This document shows, in pieces, positions 15,789 through 20,000 of a DNA stretch of 20,000 nucleotides. Position 1 is the first letter of the stretch; the number at the start of each line of letters is the position of its first letter. The position numbers and the translations under genes are program-made. This DNA comes from an uncultured virus (IMG/VR IMGVR_UViG_3300028888_000068) (taxonomy: Duplodnaviria > Heunggongvirae > Uroviricota > Caudoviricetes). The notes under the pieces were generated by a model. The model did not search any database. It was not told the DNA's origin and saw only the letters and a list, made by a program, of their open reading frames with translations. The DNA is taken from IMG/VR virus record IMGVR_UViG_3300028888_000068. One strand, written 5' to 3'.

Positions 15789-16128
15789 GGCTCGATGGTG
15801 AAACTGGTAGAATTGTCTGCCTCTCTATAAAGAAATTTATAGAAGATAGGTCCCCTAAACGGTGAAGACTAAACAGAAATGCATGTTAATACCGTGGCAA
15901 ATCCTGAAAAGGATAGTCCGTAGAGAATATACAGGGACAGCCTAAGGGAAATCTAAGGCTAAGATTGATTCCAGACCACAAACAAATACGATAGTAAGAG
16001 TTGGAACATCTAACATAATACAAAATTTCATGTATTTGGTAGCGAAAACTATAGTGGTCCAAGACACGAGGGACTTAAAATCCCTTAGCCCGAAGGGGCT
16101 GTGGTGGGTTCGATTCCCCCTCGAGCTA
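15789..16128 (+). tRNA. trnL: tRNA-Leu(UAA) split by an intron in the D-loop (exons about 15789-15808 and 16062-16128)
   Basis: Joined exons give GGCTCGA-TG-GTG-AAACTGGTAGA-CAC-G-AGGGA-CTTAAAA-TCCCT, variable arm AGCCC-GAAG-GGGCT, T loop TTCGATT, TCGAGCT-A; promoter variant CTTATATTTG at 15765-15774. Confidence 0.92.
15809..16061 (+). mobile_element. Group I intron, 253 nt, no internal ORF (boundary ambiguous by up to 3 nt because of an AGA repeat)
   Basis: P1 GGT|AGA-ATTG-TCTGCC with U-G wobble; P2 15824-15843; P3 GTCCC/GGGAC; P4 ACGGT/ACCGT; P6 hairpin ATCCT-GAAA-AGGAT; P7 GAGAAT/ATTCC; P8 AGCCT/AGGCT; P9 GACCAC/GTGGTC and CAAATAC/GTATTTG. Confidence 0.9.
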
Positions 16129-16145
16129 CAATTCAACACAAAATC

Positions 16146-16229
16146 GGACCGGTGGCGAAATTGGCGAGACGCGCTAGTCTTAGGAACTAGTACATTGATA
16201 CACTGTGGGTTCAAATCCCACCCGGTCTA
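16146..16229 (+). tRNA. trnL: tRNA-Leu(UAG)
   Basis: GGACCGG/CCGGTCT acceptor, CTAGT-CTTAGGA-ACTAG anticodon arm, long variable region, GTGGG-TTCAAAT-CCCAC T arm. Confidence 0.94.
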
Positions 16230-16261
16230 CAGACCAACCAACTTAACAAAAAACTATTCAT

Positions 16262-16299
16262 GCTGCATACCTTTGGAGGGGTATGCAGCTGTTTTTTTT
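16262..16299 (+). terminator. Rho-independent terminator after the tRNA-Leu pair
   Basis: GCTGCATACC...GGTATGCAGC followed by a T8 tract. Confidence 0.8.
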
Positions 16300-16336
16300 A
16301 TTCTTCTTAAATTCTTATTAATAAAGAAAAAAAATT

Positions 16337-16567
16337 ATGCCACGAATTTATAGTAAAGATGTAAAACTGACTAGAACACAAAAAAGACGTCTACGATATG
16401 TTCTTTGTGATTTTATTTGGGGGGATGACCCTACACTAATTAATATAGAACATGATGCAGACAGTGTTAAGCTCACTATTCAGATGTCTAATGCAGACTG
16501 GGTTAAAACTATGGGAGAGTCGTGGCCCAAAGAAGATATGAGCATTGAAGTAAAACGCCGTAAGTGA
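16337..16567 (+). CDS. Small hypothetical protein
   Basis: 76-aa ORF with A-rich leader and a degenerate promoter motif at about 16314. Confidence 0.75.
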   Translation: MPRIYSKDVKLTRTQKRRLRYVLCDFIWGDDPTLINIEHDADSVKLTIQMSNADWVKTMGESWPKEDMSIEVKRRK

Positions 16568-16917
16568 TGAGAGTATTTTGGAATAAAGAGTTTTACGAAA
16601 AATACAGTAATGTCTTTAATATTCAAGTCTGGGCTATAAAAGAAATTCCAGAGAGCAACGGATATTATTATAATTACTATAACTATGGTGATACTACAAC
16701 TAGGTCTTATATTGTACTCTTAGACCTCTCTTTTAGTTGGTCAGAATCAGACGGAAAACTTACAGCGCTTAACTGGGAATCTGGAATTTATGAACACTTT
16801 CCAGTAAATACGGTATATATGGAGCTTCCTGATGAACTTAAAGACATATTTCCAGATCTTGAACCGTGGATAGACTATAACTTTTCCATGACATTTTCTT
16901 CAACTTCAGATATATAG
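16564..16917 (+). CDS. Small paralogue-family protein
   Basis: VFWNKEFYEKY...IQVW...YMELPDELKDIFPDLE. Confidence 0.82.
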   Translation: MMRVFWNKEFYEKYSNVFNIQVWAIKEIPESNGYYYNYYNYGDTTTRSYIVLLDLSFSWSESDGKLTALNWESGIYEHFPVNTVYMELPDELKDIFPDLEPWIDYNFSMTFSSTSDI

Positions 16918-16919
16918 TT

Positions 16920-17210
16920 GTGGAAAGAATCAAGTATATATATTGGAACCATGACTTATATAAAACATATAGAGGACTGTTTGATATTCAAGTATTTTAT
17001 AAGGATGGTCACTACGCTTTGTTGAGAATACCATCTAATCTCAAACAATCCTATAATGAAAAATATTTTAAGGTAGTGGATCCTAAGGGAATTAATAGAA
17101 TATATTTGAGTTCTGAAATAATTCTTGGGGTTCCTGAAGAATTATTTAATCTATTTTCTGATCTTAAGCTTATTGATTTTTCAATATTGATAATAAAAAA
17201 CAGTATATGA
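16920..17210 (+). CDS. Small paralogue-family protein
   Basis: IYWNHDLYKTY...IQVF...LGVPEELFNLFSDLK; GTG start. Confidence 0.8.
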   Translation: MERIKYIYWNHDLYKTYRGLFDIQVFYKDGHYALLRIPSNLKQSYNEKYFKVVDPKGINRIYLSSEIILGVPEELFNLFSDLKLIDFSILIIKNSI

Positions 17211-18340
17211 GCAAGATAATTGAATTTGACCCTGGACTTCGGAAGGATATTGAATCAGGTAAATACGAAGTACAGACTAGAAACGGAAGAAAAGTAAATA
17301 TCATTGACTGGGAATGTAAATGCTATGATAGAAATGATATTGTAGCTAAAGTTTCAAGTGGAAATGGAAAATCTGAGAATATCATGAAATATTATACTTC
17401 CGGCCATCTTATTTCAGACTCTACTTCTGGGCCGAGGGAAAAGGACTTGGTTTTAGTTATGAAAGAAGAAGAAAACAAAGAAGAGCCAGGACCACAAGAA
17501 ACTAGCTTTCTTCAATACCGGCCCGCTCTAGAGTCTGGAGAGTTAATGGCCGTTACAGAATTTGGTGAACCTGCAGAGATAGTAAAATGGGATTGTCAAG
17601 GTAAATATCCAATCCTTGCTGCAATCTATGACGGGGATACTACAGATGCTTGCTTTTATGATGAAAACGGAACTAGTTTTTCAGACGGAAGTAAGTTATT
17701 GGTGAAGAAAAAAGTATCTCCTGAAGACTATCCTGAGGGTTTCATTAAGACGGTATGCGAGGAGCTTAATGGTCTGGTGGAAGATCAATATTTTCCGCAA
17801 GAAGTTCTAGATGCTGCTAAAAAACTACTGGAGACATCTGGGAGACCTATAGAAAAAGAAACTCCTAAGACACCCAAAGAATTAGAGGATACTGCAATGT
17901 CATATCTCTATTCTTCAGCTACGTCCTATAGTCAAGATAAAGCAAAGGAAATGGCAAAGTCTCTGTGTGATATTTCTAGAAGATTACAGTTTAAGATAGA
18001 AGTATCCGACCAGAATGTGCCTCTAAGTGAAAATGAAAAACTAGTTAAAGACGCTATCTTAAGGAGTGTTGGAAATGGAAAACTGGGGAATGTTGAGGTA
18101 AAATCAATAACCACATATCTTACGGAGCTTCTAAAATCTCCTGAAGAACCACAAAAAGAAAGTGATAGGCCCTCTTGGTTAGTATCAGACAGAGACCAGT
18201 ACTTCTCTGGATATAAAGAAAGTCCGATACATGGGGCACTAGTATTAAGAAAGAGTCTCTTAGGTCGGGATAAAATAATAATAACTGACCGAGTCAAGAA
18301 AGGAGACATATACTTTCCGCTTACAAACATAAAAAGATAA
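17207..18340 (+). CDS. Hypothetical phage protein with a duplicated N-terminal domain
   Basis: 377 aa; IESGKYEVQTRNGRKVNIIDWEC is repeated as LESGELMAVTEFGEPAEIVKWDC. Confidence 0.9.
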   Translation: MSKIIEFDPGLRKDIESGKYEVQTRNGRKVNIIDWECKCYDRNDIVAKVSSGNGKSENIMKYYTSGHLISDSTSGPREKDLVLVMKEEENKEEPGPQETSFLQYRPALESGELMAVTEFGEPAEIVKWDCQGKYPILAAIYDGDTTDACFYDENGTSFSDGSKLLVKKKVSPEDYPEGFIKTVCEELNGLVEDQYFPQEVLDAAKKLLETSGRPIEKETPKTPKELEDTAMSYLYSSATSYSQDKAKEMAKSLCDISRRLQFKIEVSDQNVPLSENEKLVKDAILRSVGNGKLGNVEVKSITTYLTELLKSPEEPQKESDRPSWLVSDRDQYFSGYKESPIHGALVLRKSLLGRDKIIITDRVKKGDIYFPLTNIKR

Positions 18341-18468
18341 ACGAACAGTAACTGTTGTTAGTAAGTTGTTTTTGTTTAGTTTGGCATAATCTTATGACGA
18401 ATTTACTGTTCACGTCAATCCTATCCCTAGTCGTGAGATTCGGGATAGTCTTTTTTCCTTATATATGT

Positions 18469-18942
18469 ATGAATACGGAAACAAAAATGTGGCTTAAAAC
18501 ATTAGGATATATATTAATTTATACTATAGCATATATTATTCTTATATGCTTACTTAAACTTGATTTTAATCCAGGCTCATTTTCTATAGGTCTTTCTACA
18601 TTTGCTATATATCTTGGCTTTTGTGCAAAGAACGAAAAAGAAGAAAGAGCAAAAGAAGAAGAAAGACCAAGTCCACTATCTCATGAAATATCTGCTGATG
18701 ATGCTAGATTATTAATGGGAGGACGAGATAATGAAGTTCTTAGGAGAATCTATTATGAAATACAAATAAACGCCAGAGCCGGAAAAGAAAGTATAACAAC
18801 AAGCCTAGACCCCGGCGAATGTAATATTGGATACATTGGAGAAAGTCTAGAAAAGCGTGGATATACCGTCGAAATAGATAGATCAATTCCAGGTCCATTA
18901 TTCTACTTCATAATTTCATGGACAAAACAGCCCAGAACTTAA
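18469..18942 (+). CDS. Hypothetical membrane protein (2 TM helices plus soluble domain)
   Basis: Start moved to MNTETK, 1 nt after the motif at 18458-18467. Confidence 0.8.
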   Translation: MNTETKMWLKTLGYILIYTIAYIILICLLKLDFNPGSFSIGLSTFAIYLGFCAKNEKEERAKEEERPSPLSHEISADDARLLMGGRDNEVLRRIYYEIQINARAGKESITTSLDPGECNIGYIGESLEKRGYTVEIDRSIPGPLFYFIISWTKQPRT

Positions 18943-19038
18943 CGCTCTTGGCTTATTTTTTTTTATTCTGAAATACATGTTTTGGCGTTAGAGAGGGGTG
19001 GAATTCCTTAGTCTTGAATTAAAAACTAAATAATTATT

Positions 19039-20000
19039 ATGAGAAAAATTTTAAGTATTTTTGCTGCACTTGTAATGACAACAATGATTGCAAGCGCCCA
19101 GACCGTTGAAAAATCCGGTCTCTTTGAAAACACCTACGTTACTGTTTCAGGTGGAGTTGTAACTGGTACACAATTTGAGAACATGACTAAAGACAACTGG
19201 TATAAAGTCCGTCCTGTAGTTGGTCTTGAACTTGGTAAATATATAACTCCAGTCATTGGCTTTAGCGCTGAAGGTTTAGGTTTTATCGGTACAACAACTA
19301 GTCGCACTTTCTTTGATGAATCTGCAGTTCTCGCCAATGGAAAACTTAACTTCTCTAATTGGTTTGGTGGATATCCTGGTCAACCTAGACGAGTTGAAGT
19401 AGTTGGTGTTCTTGGCTATGGTTGGGGACATGACTACGTAGCAACTTCTTATGGTCAGCATAGAGGAAGTGAAGTTGGTGTTATTGTAAACGGTAGAAGT
19501 GATGAAGTTGTCGGGAAAAATGGAATTCCCACCGATAAAAACTATACTGTCTATAAAACCGGAGCTGAACTAAACTTTAACTTAGGAAAATCAAGGGCAT
19601 GGCAAATTAATCTAAAGCCTAGTGTTCTCTGGTTCCATAAAGTAGCTGGAAATTATGTTAGCACCCCATTCCTGACAACAAAGAGAGATGCCCGTGCTAA
19701 TGTAATGCTTGGTCTAACATATAAATTTGGAAACAAGAGTAAGGGACATAACTTCAGACTTTGCCCCTACAGCGTAACTCAGGCCGACTATGATGCTCTT
19801 AATGCAAAATATAATGAGCTTCTAAATCGTCCGGCCGAAGTTAGAGAGGTTGTTAAGACTGAAACTAAGGAAGTTCAGATTAAGGGAGACACCAGAGTTC
19901 TCGTTGGAAGTACCGTTATTACTTTCTCCATCGGAAGCTGCGCACTTTCAAATGTTGAGAGAGGTAAGGTTGACCTGTTTGCAAAGAGCCTAGATTCTGA
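19039..20000 (+). CDS. Bacteroidota-type OmpA-family outer membrane protein (3' end beyond window)
   Basis: Translated by hand: MRKILSIFAALVMTTMIASAQTVEKSGLFENTYVTVSGG...GLELGKYITPVIG...NFSNWFGGYPGQPRRVEVVGVLGYGWGH...GLTYKFG...VITFSIGS; signal peptide, beta-barrel, start of an OmpA_C domain. Confidence 0.9.
   Translation, partial: MRKILSIFAALVMTTMIASAQTVEKSGLFENTYVTVSGGVVTGTQFENMTKDNWYKVRPVVGLELGKYITPVIGFSAEGLGFIGTTTSRTFFDESAVLANGKLNFSNWFGGYPGQPRRVEVVGVLGYGWGHDYVATSYGQHRGSEVGVIVNGRSDEVVGKNGIPTDKNYTVYKTGAELNFNLGKSRAWQINLKPSVLWFHKVAGNYVSTPFLTTKRDARANVMLGLTYKFGNKSKGHNFRLCPYSVTQADYDALNAKYNELLNRPAEVREVVKTETKEVQIKGDTRVLVGSTVITFSIGSCALSNVERGKVDLFAKSLDS

Noticed and set aside
15942..16353. ORFs 16030..16353 (+) and 15942..16214 (-) as intron-encoded proteins
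   Set aside because: They run through two tRNA genes and a terminator and show no nuclease motifs.
14360..19461. Minus-strand ORFs 14360..14629, 15173..15400, 15373..15570, 17932..18330, 19134..19337 and 19276..19461
   Set aside because: They overlap stronger plus-strand genes (endonuclease, 377-aa protein, OmpA).

Overview
AT-rich segment that is most likely from a large phage of a Bacteroidota host (inferred from a Bacteroidota-type OmpA gene, no Shine-Dalgarno sites, many short orphan genes, tRNAs without CCA and a free-standing homing endonuclease). It uses the standard code, and several genes end in TAG. Contents: an NAD-salvage pair (pncA, pncB); a six-gene envelope/ABC-transporter operon with a substrate-binding/OmpA fusion; five tRNA genes (Gln-UUG, Glu-UUC, fMet-CAU, Leu-UAA, Leu-UAG); a GIY-YIG (Seg-like) endonuclease; a seven-member family of small paralogues; and an OmpA gene running off the right end. 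Three observations stand out. (1) tRNA-Leu(UAA) is split in its D-loop, not its anticodon loop, by a 253-nt group I intron that cannot satisfy both canonical splice-site rules, and it lies directly downstream of the endonuclease gene. (2) A CTTATA(T/A)ATG promoter-like motif occurs about 25 times. (3) Several copies of that motif drive tiny ORF-less units (promoter, 25-30 nt body, terminator hairpin) whose bodies read as antisense to translation-start regions, and there is a cluster of structured non-coding RNAs at the left end.
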